Source: an uncultured Methanosarcinales archaeon
Lineage (GTDB): Archaea > Halobacteriota > Methanosarcinia > Methanotrichales > Methanotrichaceae
Direction of reading: 5' to 3'
NCBI GenBank assembly: GCA_963843555.1
Contig: CAWJKV010000002.1
Location: 267,802 to 331,801 of the forward strand
Length of the DNA stretch: 64,000 nt
Part shown: positions 30,608 through 39,853 of the stretch, one piece after another
Position numbering within the stretch: position 1 is the stretch's first letter
Layout of the letters: every line of letters begins with the position of its first letter
Made by a program: the position numbers and the translations under genes
Notes under the pieces: generated by a model
The model's input: the letters and a program-made list of their open reading frames with translations, nothing else
The model's database searches: none
Told to the model about the DNA's origin: nothing

Positions 30608-32644
30608 ATGCCACAAGTCCTTGTTCCAACGGTCTGTCCATATTGCGGCGCAGGCTGCGGATTTTTCATTGCAGTCGAGAAAGAGCGCGCCACGGGGATC
30701 GAATATATGCCAGAGCACCCGGCAAGTGAAGGGGCTCTCTGCTCCAAGGGAAATGCAGCTCTTGAGATCCTTTACCACCCGGATCGGATTCGCTCTCCTC
30801 TGAAGAGACATGGCGACGGCTGGTCCAGGATATCCTGGGAGGAAGCTATGGATCTGGTGGCCAGGGGTCTGGGTGGAGCCCTGAAGAAGTACGGTCCGAA
30901 CAGCATCGGTTTCCTTGCCTCTTCCAAGTGCACCAACGAGGAGAACTATCTGATTGAGAAGCTGGCCCGCCTCCTGGGCTCGCCCAATGTGGACGGCTGC
31001 GCCAGGCTCTGCCATGCGCCCTCGGTGGTGGGCCTGAATCGCACTTTGGGCGCGGCCGGAATGACCAATCCTATAGCGGATCTGGCGAATTCCAGGTGCA
31101 TATTCATAATCGGATCGAATCTCGCTGAGAATCATCCTATCCTCACCCGCTGGATTCACAGGGCCAGGGATTCAGGGTCGGTGGTGATAGTAGCCGATCC
31201 GCGCATGACGCATACCGCCTGGATGGCTGATATCTTCCTGCAACTTAAACCAGGAACGGATGTAGCACTCTTGAACGGCATGGCCCATGTTATAATCAAA
31301 GAGGGGCTGGTAGACAGAGAGTATATCGCCAAACGGACCCGCGGCTATGAGGAGCTGGTGCAGGCAGTCGACGATTATGCTCCGGAAAAGGTGGCAGAAA
31401 TTACTGGCATTCCTGCCGGAGATATCATTCGGGCGGCGCGCTCTTATGCCATATCTCCGGCGTCAGTCATTCTCTATTCCATGGGAATCACCCAGCATAG
31501 CACGGGCACTGACAATGTTCAGGCCATTGCCAATCTGGCCCTGATCTCTGGCCATCTGGGAAAAGAGGGCACGGGAGTCATGCCTCTGCGCGGCCAGAAC
31601 AATGTCCAGGGTGCTTGCGATATGGGGGCACTGGCCGACTTTTATCCAGGCTATCGGAAGGCAGATGATCCCGAAACAATAGAGTTTTTCAGAGCTGCCT
31701 GGGGAGTGGACAGCATACCTCTGGGCAGAGGGCTCACGGCTACGGAGATGATCGACAAAGCAGGTGAGGGCGAGATCAAGGCCATGTACATTGTGGGCGA
31801 AGACCCGGCCAACTCCGATCCGTGCAGCCAAAATGTCCGCGCTGATCTGGAGAAGCTGGAGTTCCTGGTGGTGCAGGACATCTTCATGACCCCAACGGCT
31901 CAACTGGCGGATGTTGTTTTGCCTGCTGCCGCCTGGGCGGAGAAGGAAGGGACCTATACCAGCACAGAGAGACGTGTGCAGTGGAGTAAAAAGGCTATTG
32001 AGCCGCCTGGAAGTGCACGCTGTGACCTGGATATCATTTGCGAGATTGCCAGGCGGCTGGGGGTGCAGTTCAATTATCCCGATGCGGCATCGGTCCTGGC
32101 GGAGATCAATCGCGTGGTGCCGCAGTACGGCGGAATTACTCGGGAGCGTCTCGAAGACTTTGGCCTCATCTGGCCCTGCCCCAATTTGGATCATCCTGGA
32201 ACGCCCATACTTCACACCCAGGGCTTCAAGTTCAGCGAGGGCCGGGCCACAATCGTGCCTGTTTCATACAAACCGGCAGCTGAAGACTCGAGCCGGGATT
32301 ATCCTTTCATACTGACCACCGGTCGCGTTGCTGTGCACCACAATGCCGGGTCCATGACACGCCGCAGTCCTTCGCTGCTGGAACGGGAGCCGGATCTCTT
32401 TGTGGAGATCAACACGAAAGATGCCGCGCGGCTGAAAGTGAAGGACGGCGATGAGGTGACTGTAACCTCGCCGCGGGGAGAGACCGTGGCCTATGCACGC
32501 ATCACCGACAGCATCAAGAAAGGGGTGGTGTTCATGCCTTTCCACTTCCCTGGAACCAACATTCTCACCTCGGAGGTTACAGACCCCGAGGCCAAGATAC
32601 CGGAGTTCAAGGTCTCTGCCTGCAAAATTTCTCGGAGGGATTAA
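30608..32644 (+). CDS. formate dehydrogenase alpha-subunit-like molybdo/tungstopterin enzyme (Cys type)
   Basis: CPYCGAGC...LCSKG, CARLCHAPS, LRGQNNVQGA and TGR..HHN motifs. Confidence 0.92.
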   Translation: MPQVLVPTVCPYCGAGCGFFIAVEKERATGIEYMPEHPASEGALCSKGNAALEILYHPDRIRSPLKRHGDGWSRISWEEAMDLVARGLGGALKKYGPNSIGFLASSKCTNEENYLIEKLARLLGSPNVDGCARLCHAPSVVGLNRTLGAAGMTNPIADLANSRCIFIIGSNLAENHPILTRWIHRARDSGSVVIVADPRMTHTAWMADIFLQLKPGTDVALLNGMAHVIIKEGLVDREYIAKRTRGYEELVQAVDDYAPEKVAEITGIPAGDIIRAARSYAISPASVILYSMGITQHSTGTDNVQAIANLALISGHLGKEGTGVMPLRGQNNVQGACDMGALADFYPGYRKADDPETIEFFRAAWGVDSIPLGRGLTATEMIDKAGEGEIKAMYIVGEDPANSDPCSQNVRADLEKLEFLVVQDIFMTPTAQLADVVLPAAAWAEKEGTYTSTERRVQWSKKAIEPPGSARCDLDIICEIARRLGVQFNYPDAASVLAEINRVVPQYGGITRERLEDFGLIWPCPNLDHPGTPILHTQGFKFSEGRATIVPVSYKPAAEDSSRDYPFILTTGRVAVHHNAGSMTRRSPSLLEREPDLFVEINTKDAARLKVKDGDEVTVTSPRGETVAYARITDSIKKGVVFMPFHFPGTNILTSEVTDPEAKIPEFKVSACKISRRD

Positions 32645-33083
32645 ATGCCCGTCTACGTTGATGTCATTAGATGCATCGGGTGTCGGTCCTGCGAGGTGGC
32701 CTGCAAGCGTGTGCATGGCGGTAGCGGACACGTCAATGTGCATTTCGCCGGCGATAAAGCCTCGGTTCCCGTATTCTGCCATCACTGTGAGGAAGCGAGC
32801 TGCACCATGGCCTGTTTCTACCCAGGCCTTGCACAAAGAGGGAGATCGCACGGCCTTCGATGTGGAAAAGTGCACCGGCTGCGGCCTCTGCAGGCTGGCC
32901 TGTCCCTTTGGAGTGGTCTGGACGGATAAGATTGCCCATAAGTGCGATCTGTGCGAAGGCCGCGACGCGCCAACTTGCGTTACAACCTGTCCGGCCAATG
33001 CTCTCAGTACCGATTTCGATCTGGTGAGCCGCCGGGCGCGCGCACGCGCCGCGTTGGCCGTGGCACACGGAGGAAGAAGATGA
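32645..33083 (+). CDS. 4Fe-4S dicluster protein (FdhB/HydN-like), frameshift near 32818
   Basis: CIGCRSCEVAC and CHHCEEASC, then CTGCGLCRLACP and KCDLC in the next frame. Confidence 0.85.
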
Positions 33084-33500
33084 TCAAAGTTGATGCGAGC
33101 AAATGTCTGGGCTGCTTCTCCTGCTCCAATGTCTGTCCCAGCCAGAATATCACCCGTGAAGAGACGCCTGAATTGAGAAGCATTCACTGGAAGAGGTGCA
33201 AAGAGGAGTGCGACCTGTGCGTTGAGTTCTGCCCTGGCAAAGCATTGATGCTGGTGCCTTATGACGAATCTTATCCGGAGCCCAATGTATCTTTTGACCT
33301 GGTGGCCTGCAAGTTATGCGGATCGCGTTATGCTACAGAGCCTATGTTGAGGCGGATTGAATCCTCATCTGCCTGCCAATTTGCAGAAGGACTCCACTGG
33401 CCTCGACTGGATATGGATCTGCCCGATATGCCGTCGAGATATCGAAGCGGAGAGGGCCACCAAGCAGATGGTGCTGGGAAGAACCAGGAGGAATCCCTGA
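33080..33500 (+). CDS. 4Fe-4S binding protein, frameshift near 33365
   Basis: CLGCFSCSNVCP, CDLCVEFCP and CKLCG; tail WICPICRR...GRTRRNP* in the shifted frame. Confidence 0.8.
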
Positions 33501-33747
33501 CCGACAAGGGACGCTCTTTCATACTGAATTTTCGAAGTTTCACCTGTTCTTGCGGATGCGAAATTTGAATACAGGAAGCATCTGCAAATATTGCGGATTA
33601 GCCGGAAGGTGGGGCAGATCTCTAAAGAGGTTTGGTTTTCTCATGGATGATCAGTACGTGCCAGGTGTTCCGGATTCGCCTCTTATCCAGGGAAAGCCAA
33701 GCTGCCAGGCAAGAAATAGATGCTGAATACAGTCGTCACAAAATATT

Positions 33748-34506
33748 ATGACTATGAGAAAGATCATCAAGATCGACGAATCACGCTGCAACGGCTGTGG
33801 CGATTGCATCACTGGCTGCGCTGAGGGCGCAATCGAGCTCAAAGACGGCATTGCCAGAGTGGTGAGCGACAGCTTCTGCGATGGCCTGGGGGCATGCCTG
33901 GCCGTCTGCCCGCAGGGCGCTCTGACCATAGAGGAGCGCGATGCGCCGGTGTTTGATGAGAAGGCGGCCAAAGAGCATAATAGTTTTGCCAAGAAGCATG
34001 AACATCCGCATCATGCAAAGAATGCTGGTACTGCTGCCGCGGTCACGCCCTGCACCATGCCAATTACCCTGAAGCAGGATCAAGGGACAAAGGCAGATTT
34101 CTCACATGAAAAGATTAAGCCCGGAGAAGAGAGCGCGAATGAGCTGTGCGGCTGGCCCATTCAGATGAGATTGGTGCGACCCTGGGCTCCTTACCTCAAA
34201 GGTGCCAGCCTTCTTGTGGCCGGGGACTGCACTGCCTTTGCCTATCCCGACATCAGCCGGGACTTTATCAAAGGCCGCGTAGCCCTGGTGGGCTGCCCCA
34301 AGCTTGATGAGACGGGTCCCTTTGTGGACAAGCTGACTGAGATCCTCAAGGCAAATGAGATCCTGGATATAACCGTACTGCATATGACTGTCCCCTGCTG
34401 CGCCCAGCTGGAAGGTCTGGTGGCGGATGCGGTGAAGCGGTCCGGAAAAGATGTGCCGCAAAAGAGCTTTGTGGTCGGGATCGATGGCATACTGAAACCG
34501 GAATGA
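33748..34506 (+). CDS. ferredoxin-domain Fe-S protein with conserved C-terminal WPIQ/GCPKLD/VPCC domain
   Basis: CNGCGDCITGC and CDGLGACLAVCP; WPIQMRLV, GCPKLD and VPCC. Confidence 0.85.
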   Translation: MTMRKIIKIDESRCNGCGDCITGCAEGAIELKDGIARVVSDSFCDGLGACLAVCPQGALTIEERDAPVFDEKAAKEHNSFAKKHEHPHHAKNAGTAAAVTPCTMPITLKQDQGTKADFSHEKIKPGEESANELCGWPIQMRLVRPWAPYLKGASLLVAGDCTAFAYPDISRDFIKGRVALVGCPKLDETGPFVDKLTEILKANEILDITVLHMTVPCCAQLEGLVADAVKRSGKDVPQKSFVVGIDGILKPE

Positions 34507-34628
34507 GTCGAGTCAAATCCGGGCGAAATCGCGAGAAGGGGAAAATGAACAATAGACGGGCCGTTCATGGAAAGCTTTATCTCTTTTTATAAACCACTGA
34601 TTTAGTTCAGTTCCATGGAGTTTGAAAG

Positions 34629-35921
34629 ATGGGTTTAGAGAATGGCTTGGAGAAGTGTGGTGCAATTGAGGTTGCGGAGCTGCTGCTCACTGCAGATCTC
34701 TATAATCGAAATGAGAATCTGAATGAAGGCGACCTGCCCCCCAATATCCGCAAACATTACTTCGATGCACAGACCAAGAGCGTCAAAAGGCCGATCTATG
34801 TAACCAGCACAGATGTCCAGAAGATTTACGGCATCGAGAACGTCAAAACGATCATCAAAGATCTCACGTTCGTGGCTTTTGAGGAGTTTGGGTCTCAGCT
34901 TCGGCTAACGGTATTCGATGTAGCAGCCAAGTGGTTCGCCAATCAGAATGACCTGGTGAGGATCAGATCGAACCCCACTCTGGCTTTCTTTTTTGAGAAC
35001 TACGACTCCCTGAAGGTGAGCTACAATGAAGCCAGAGAAGGAAATAAGCCCCTATGCGCCGACCGGGAATGGATCGATGCCCGGATCAAGGAGCTATGCA
35101 AGGATTCCAAGGAGGCTGAAGACCTTCTCAAGCTCGCATACATCAAGGCACCTGAAGATGTGAGGGACAGCATTGAAGGCCTGATTCTTACCGAGGAGCA
35201 GAAGACGGAGATCGAAAAAACGGGCAAAGCACTGCAAAACCGGGATTATCTGCGCCAGATCGGCCTTTACGAGATCGGCAAGCTCCTCTTTGTAGGACCG
35301 CCGGGGACAGGCAAGACCTCCACCGCCCGGGCGCTGTCGAGCTGGTTCTCCCTGCCAATGGTGGAGGTTCGGCTCTCCATGATCACCAGCCAATACCTGG
35401 GCGAGACCTCCAAGAATATCGATAAAGTCTTCGATCTTGCCAAGAGGCTCAGCCCCTGCATTCTCCTCATAGACGAGTTCGATTTCGTGGCCAAGACCAG
35501 AACCTCAGATGAGCATGGTGCCATGAAAAGGGCCGTCAACACCCTGCTCAAGGCCATCGACGAGATCAATCTGGTCGAGCATGGCGTCCTCCTTGTGGCG
35601 GCTACCAACCACCCTCAGCTTCTGGATTATGCTGCCTGGCGGAGATTCGACAAGGTATTGAACTTCCCTCTGCCGGATCAGGAGATGAGGCGCATGATCC
35701 TGGATAAGGTCCTCTCCCGCATCGATGCCGATGTGGACACTGGAGAGCTCGCCGAGATGACGGATGGCTACTCCGGCTCGGACCTGAGATTGGTGATCAG
35801 AGAAGCCGTACTGAATGCCCTTCTGGTGGATCGGAAGAATTTAGGACAGGAGGATCTGCTCGCCTCTATTGAGGAGTTCCGCCGCAGGATCTCTGATTAC
35901 AAGCGGAGCATAACGGCATGA
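34629..35921 (+). CDS. archaeal AAA+ ATPase
   Basis: GPPGTGKT, LIDEFD and AATNHPQLLDYAAWRRFD motifs. Confidence 0.9.
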   Translation: MGLENGLEKCGAIEVAELLLTADLYNRNENLNEGDLPPNIRKHYFDAQTKSVKRPIYVTSTDVQKIYGIENVKTIIKDLTFVAFEEFGSQLRLTVFDVAAKWFANQNDLVRIRSNPTLAFFFENYDSLKVSYNEAREGNKPLCADREWIDARIKELCKDSKEAEDLLKLAYIKAPEDVRDSIEGLILTEEQKTEIEKTGKALQNRDYLRQIGLYEIGKLLFVGPPGTGKTSTARALSSWFSLPMVEVRLSMITSQYLGETSKNIDKVFDLAKRLSPCILLIDEFDFVAKTRTSDEHGAMKRAVNTLLKAIDEINLVEHGVLLVAATNHPQLLDYAAWRRFDKVLNFPLPDQEMRRMILDKVLSRIDADVDTGELAEMTDGYSGSDLRLVIREAVLNALLVDRKNLGQEDLLASIEEFRRRISDYKRSITA

Positions 35922-36661
35922 AGGTCACGCTCCTCGGCACGGGCGACGCCATCGGCACTCCCAAGATCGGCTGCAAGTGTCCAGCCTGCATGGATGCTCT
36001 TAGGGGTGGACGCAGCCGCAGAATGAGGTTTTCCGTTCTCCTGGAGTCGGATGAGGAAGACGGAAGAGTCTTGGTGGACACGAGCCCGGATCTGCGCTGG
36101 CAGCTCTTGAAGAAGGATATATCCAGCGTGGACGGAGTGATATGGACTCACGCCCATTATGATCACTATGCAGGTTTCGGGGATTTTCACCGGGTTCAGA
36201 GCCACGTGGATGTCTATGCTCTGAAAGATACCATGGATTATATCCTCAACTACCTCTACTTCCTAAATCCCATGCGCCATGACGTTCTGGCCTGCCAGCC
36301 CTTTGATATTGCAGGAATGGAGTTCACCCTCTTCAAAGTGAACCACCCTCCGGCGGAGACCGTAGGCGTACGGGTGGACGACGGCTGTAAGGTAGTCGTG
36401 ATCACCAGTGACACGAAGATGGAAATACCAGCTGAGAGCCTGGAGCTCATGAAGGATGCCGACCTGATGCTGGCCGATGCCATTACTCCTCCCGGCTACA
36501 CCATCAGTAAGCACATGACTGCAGACGAAGCCATGGACCTGGGTCAAAGCCTGAAAGCGAAGAGGCTCCTGCTCACACATCTCTCTCATCTTTATCCTCC
36601 CCATGAGATGGCTCTCAAGAAGTGGCCGCTGGGGCACGATATGATGGAGATAGTATTGTGA
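35918..36661 (+). CDS. PhnP-like metallo-beta-lactamase hydrolase
   Basis: LLGTGDAIGTP..GCKCPAC, THAHYDHYAG and THLSH motifs. Confidence 0.9.
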   Translation: MKVTLLGTGDAIGTPKIGCKCPACMDALRGGRSRRMRFSVLLESDEEDGRVLVDTSPDLRWQLLKKDISSVDGVIWTHAHYDHYAGFGDFHRVQSHVDVYALKDTMDYILNYLYFLNPMRHDVLACQPFDIAGMEFTLFKVNHPPAETVGVRVDDGCKVVVITSDTKMEIPAESLELMKDADLMLADAITPPGYTISKHMTADEAMDLGQSLKAKRLLLTHLSHLYPPHEMALKKWPLGHDMMEIVL

Positions 36662-37612
36662 GATGGCTTTAAAAATGCTTTTGGAAGTGCCTTTGAAATT
36701 CTTTTGATTTTCCAGATGCTGTGTACTCGAAAATCGACATAGAATAAGTCTTAGATCGAGAAAGTAGATAAGAATTTTGATGGGGGAAAAGTTACCTCCT
36801 ATCCACTGCTATTTTGACGATGCTTCGCAACTTAGGAGTCAGACTTGGATGATTAAATTTAATCTGTGTCAGGCAAACGCTTCATTGAACTTTACACATG
36901 GTCCCTTGATTTGCCCGTAAAAATAGGCTGAAGTCTCACACTCAACCGATTTGGACAATACTGGTAAAAAGGTGCGGATATCCATTTTCCCGCAAAATAT
37001 TCGATTACTTTCGGCAATGGTTTTACTTTTTTGCGGATTCTTTTTGTGGGTAGATAGCATGTGGCTGATTTCGGCAACTAACCGAGTATTTGTGCCTCTA
37101 CATTTTACAGAATAGCTACTGCAAAAACATAGATAATAATAAAAACACTGAAGAAAGGCACATCAATCACAATGATAACGCCAGATATATCCAAAATTAT
37201 TGCAAGGTAGGCCAAAGTAGGGGCAAGCTCCATGCCTGCGATAGACTTTTTTACTAAAACGGCTGATATGATTGAACCCTGCCAGGAGCAACGGACACGC
37301 CTAATAATCCCGCTCAAAGAGCTACCGAAATCTCAGAAGAGTTAGAGATTCTTCGCGCCCGTAGCGTGAACTATTCCGTTAACGCCGCCAGGATTCTCTC
37401 TAATGCCACTGGGCAGCTTAAGGTCGCCTTGGATCCGCTAAACTATGTTAGTTGGGGGCATGACCGAAGCAGAGCAGGAAGTTTCTTTGAGGATAAGCTG
37501 GCCTGCAAGAGAGGAATGCACCAGTCATGCAAGCATATTCTCCTGGAGGTTAGGACCACTGATAACATGGTAAAATTCTGCAGTGAGATACAGAGACACC
37601 AGGAGTAGGACG

Positions 37613-37759
37613 ATGCAAAAAATTGCTCTTACCATGATGGCGGTCGTCGCGCGGTGGATGAACATTACCGCTGAAAAACAGGTACCAAATTTTCTGGACT
37701 GCATATATGAAGATGGCCTGAAGACGATTATGCCTGAAGCGGTGAATATCATACGTTGA
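37613..37759 (+). pseudogene. internally deleted third substrate-binding-protein gene
   Basis: MQKIALTMMAVVA fused in frame to RWMNITAEKQVPNFLDCIYEDGLKTIMPEAVNIIR*, matching the start and end of the two downstream paralogs. Confidence 0.75.
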
Positions 37760-37760
37760 G

Positions 37761-38807
37761 GTGGGGACTATGAAAAACCAGAATCGAGCCAGGAGCATAA
37801 CCATGAAAAAGATTGTTGTCGCCGGGATAGCAGTCATATCTGCACTGGTGATGGTGGGATCAGGGCAATGGCCTTTCCCGAGTTCCGAGACAACCGATTC
37901 AGGAAATCCCGAATCGATCATCATCGGTGTCCCAGCTATTGAACATTCGGCACTCATATATATCGCTGAAAATCAGGGCTTTTTTGCCAAAAATGGCCTC
38001 AACGTAACCACGCGTGATTATACCGTATCACCCGAAGCTATGGACGGCCTGTTAAACAATATGGTAGACATAGCTTCGATAGGTGAGTATACCCTCGTCG
38101 ATAAAGCGTTCAAAAAAGAAAAAATCCGCGTGATCGGGAATATCGATAAGTTTGAGACCACATATCTTATCGGCCGGAAAGACAAGGGGATTGAAAACAT
38201 CTCAGATCTGAAAGGCAAAAAAATAGGCTTAACCCGGGGAACTCTATCTGAATTCTACCTCGGCAGGTTACTCGATCTGAATGACATTAGCTTTCAGGAT
38301 GCGACTCTTGTAGATTTGCCATCTACGCAGTATGTGCAAGCTCTCACAAATGGCAGCGTCGATGCATTAGTGGCATCGAAAAAATATAAGGATCAAATCG
38401 AAAAACTGTCAGGTGCTAATGTTGTGGCATGGCCGGCTCAAAGCAACCAGCCGGGCTTTGTGCTTTTGACTTCTAGGGACGACTGGGTTGCCAACCATCC
38501 GGAGACGATAAACAAGCTCCTGAGATCTCTTGTCCAGGCTGAACAGTATTCTATTAATCATCCAGATGCTGCAAAGGCGATCGTGCAAAAAAGGCTGAAT
38601 TACACAGATGAATACATAGAAACTGTCTGGCCTAATCATCGGTTCACCCTGTCACTAGATCAGTCGCTTCTCATCGCAATGAATGATGAAGGGCGGTGGA
38701 TGATCAAGAACAACCTCACCGCCGAGAAGACATTACCGTATTTTAGGGATTACATATACACGGAAGGCCTTGAGGAAATAAAGCCTGAAGCGGTGAACAT
38801 CAAATGA
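37761..38807 (+). CDS. NMT1/THI5/SsuA-type substrate-binding protein
   Basis: N-terminal anchor; IYIAENQGFFAKNGLNV, DLKGKKIG and GSVDAL motifs. Confidence 0.88.
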   Translation: MGTMKNQNRARSITMKKIVVAGIAVISALVMVGSGQWPFPSSETTDSGNPESIIIGVPAIEHSALIYIAENQGFFAKNGLNVTTRDYTVSPEAMDGLLNNMVDIASIGEYTLVDKAFKKEKIRVIGNIDKFETTYLIGRKDKGIENISDLKGKKIGLTRGTLSEFYLGRLLDLNDISFQDATLVDLPSTQYVQALTNGSVDALVASKKYKDQIEKLSGANVVAWPAQSNQPGFVLLTSRDDWVANHPETINKLLRSLVQAEQYSINHPDAAKAIVQKRLNYTDEYIETVWPNHRFTLSLDQSLLIAMNDEGRWMIKNNLTAEKTLPYFRDYIYTEGLEEIKPEAVNIK

Positions 38808-39841
38808 TTCGAGCCATAAAAACAGCGGGTAGTAAATCCATGAAAAGAATCGTTGTTACCGCGATAGCTGCAGTCTTTGTCATTGCCCTGGTGGGATCGG
38901 GGGCATGGCCTCTTCCGAATTCGGGGACAACCGATTCCGGAACCCCTGAGCCGATCACCATTGGGGGATATCCCTATGATGCAGCTGCATTAATTTATAT
39001 AGCTGCTGATCAGGGCTTTTTTACAGGGAATGGCCTTAATGTGACCATGCGAGATTATAATTCAGCACCCAGCGCGATCAATGGCTTGTTGAACGATGAT
39101 GTGGACATTGCGTTGTCATCAGAGTATGTCATAGTTGGTAAAGCGTTCAATAAAGAAAATATCAGCGTAATCGGGTGTATCGATAAGTATCAGATAGCAT
39201 ATCTTGTCGGCAGGAAAGACCGGGGAATAAAAAACGTTTCAGACCTGAAAGGCAAAAAGATAGGCCTTTCCAGGGGTGGAACTCAAGAATTTTATCTTGG
39301 CAGGTTTCTCGATCTGCACGACATAAGCCTGCAGGATGTAACTATCGTGAACTTGCCCTCCTCACAATATGTGCAAGCCCTTACAAATGGCAGCGTCGAC
39401 GCGCTCATTACGGGGATATATATCGATCAAATTCGTGAGCGATTAGGTAGTAACACAGTGTTATGGTCAGTTCAAAACCACCAGGACAGTTATTTTGTCA
39501 TGTCCTGTAAGGGCGGCTGGATTGCCAGTCATCGTGATCAGATAAACAAGCTCCTGAAATCACTTGCCCAGTCAGAGGAGTATGCAATAAATCATCCGGC
39601 CAAAGCAAAGATGATAGTACAAAAGAGGCTGAACTACACGGATGCATATATAGCAACTGTCTGGCCTGGTCACCGGTTCTCCCTCTCGCTCGACCAATCG
39701 CTAGTCACTGTCATGGAAGACGAGGGGCGATGGATGATCAAGAACAACCTCACTACTGAAAAGAGGATACCAGATTTCAGGAATTACATCTACCCGGAAG
39801 GCCTGGAGGTTGTAAGACCAGAAGCGGTGAATATCCAGTAA
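38804..39841 (+). CDS. NMT1/THI5/SsuA-type substrate-binding protein (tandem paralog)
   Basis: Same motifs; clearly homologous to 37761..38807 along its length. Confidence 0.88.
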   Translation: MIRAIKTAGSKSMKRIVVTAIAAVFVIALVGSGAWPLPNSGTTDSGTPEPITIGGYPYDAAALIYIAADQGFFTGNGLNVTMRDYNSAPSAINGLLNDDVDIALSSEYVIVGKAFNKENISVIGCIDKYQIAYLVGRKDRGIKNVSDLKGKKIGLSRGGTQEFYLGRFLDLHDISLQDVTIVNLPSSQYVQALTNGSVDALITGIYIDQIRERLGSNTVLWSVQNHQDSYFVMSCKGGWIASHRDQINKLLKSLAQSEEYAINHPAKAKMIVQKRLNYTDAYIATVWPGHRFSLSLDQSLVTVMEDEGRWMIKNNLTTEKRIPDFRNYIYPEGLEVVRPEAVNIQ

Positions 39842-39853
39842 AATTGAGGAACA

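Noticed and set aside
30608..32644. Selenocysteine or pyrrolysine recoding in Fdh or other split genes
   Set aside because: The Fdh active site is TGC (Cys), and the gene breaks are frame changes, not in-frame TGA or TAG.
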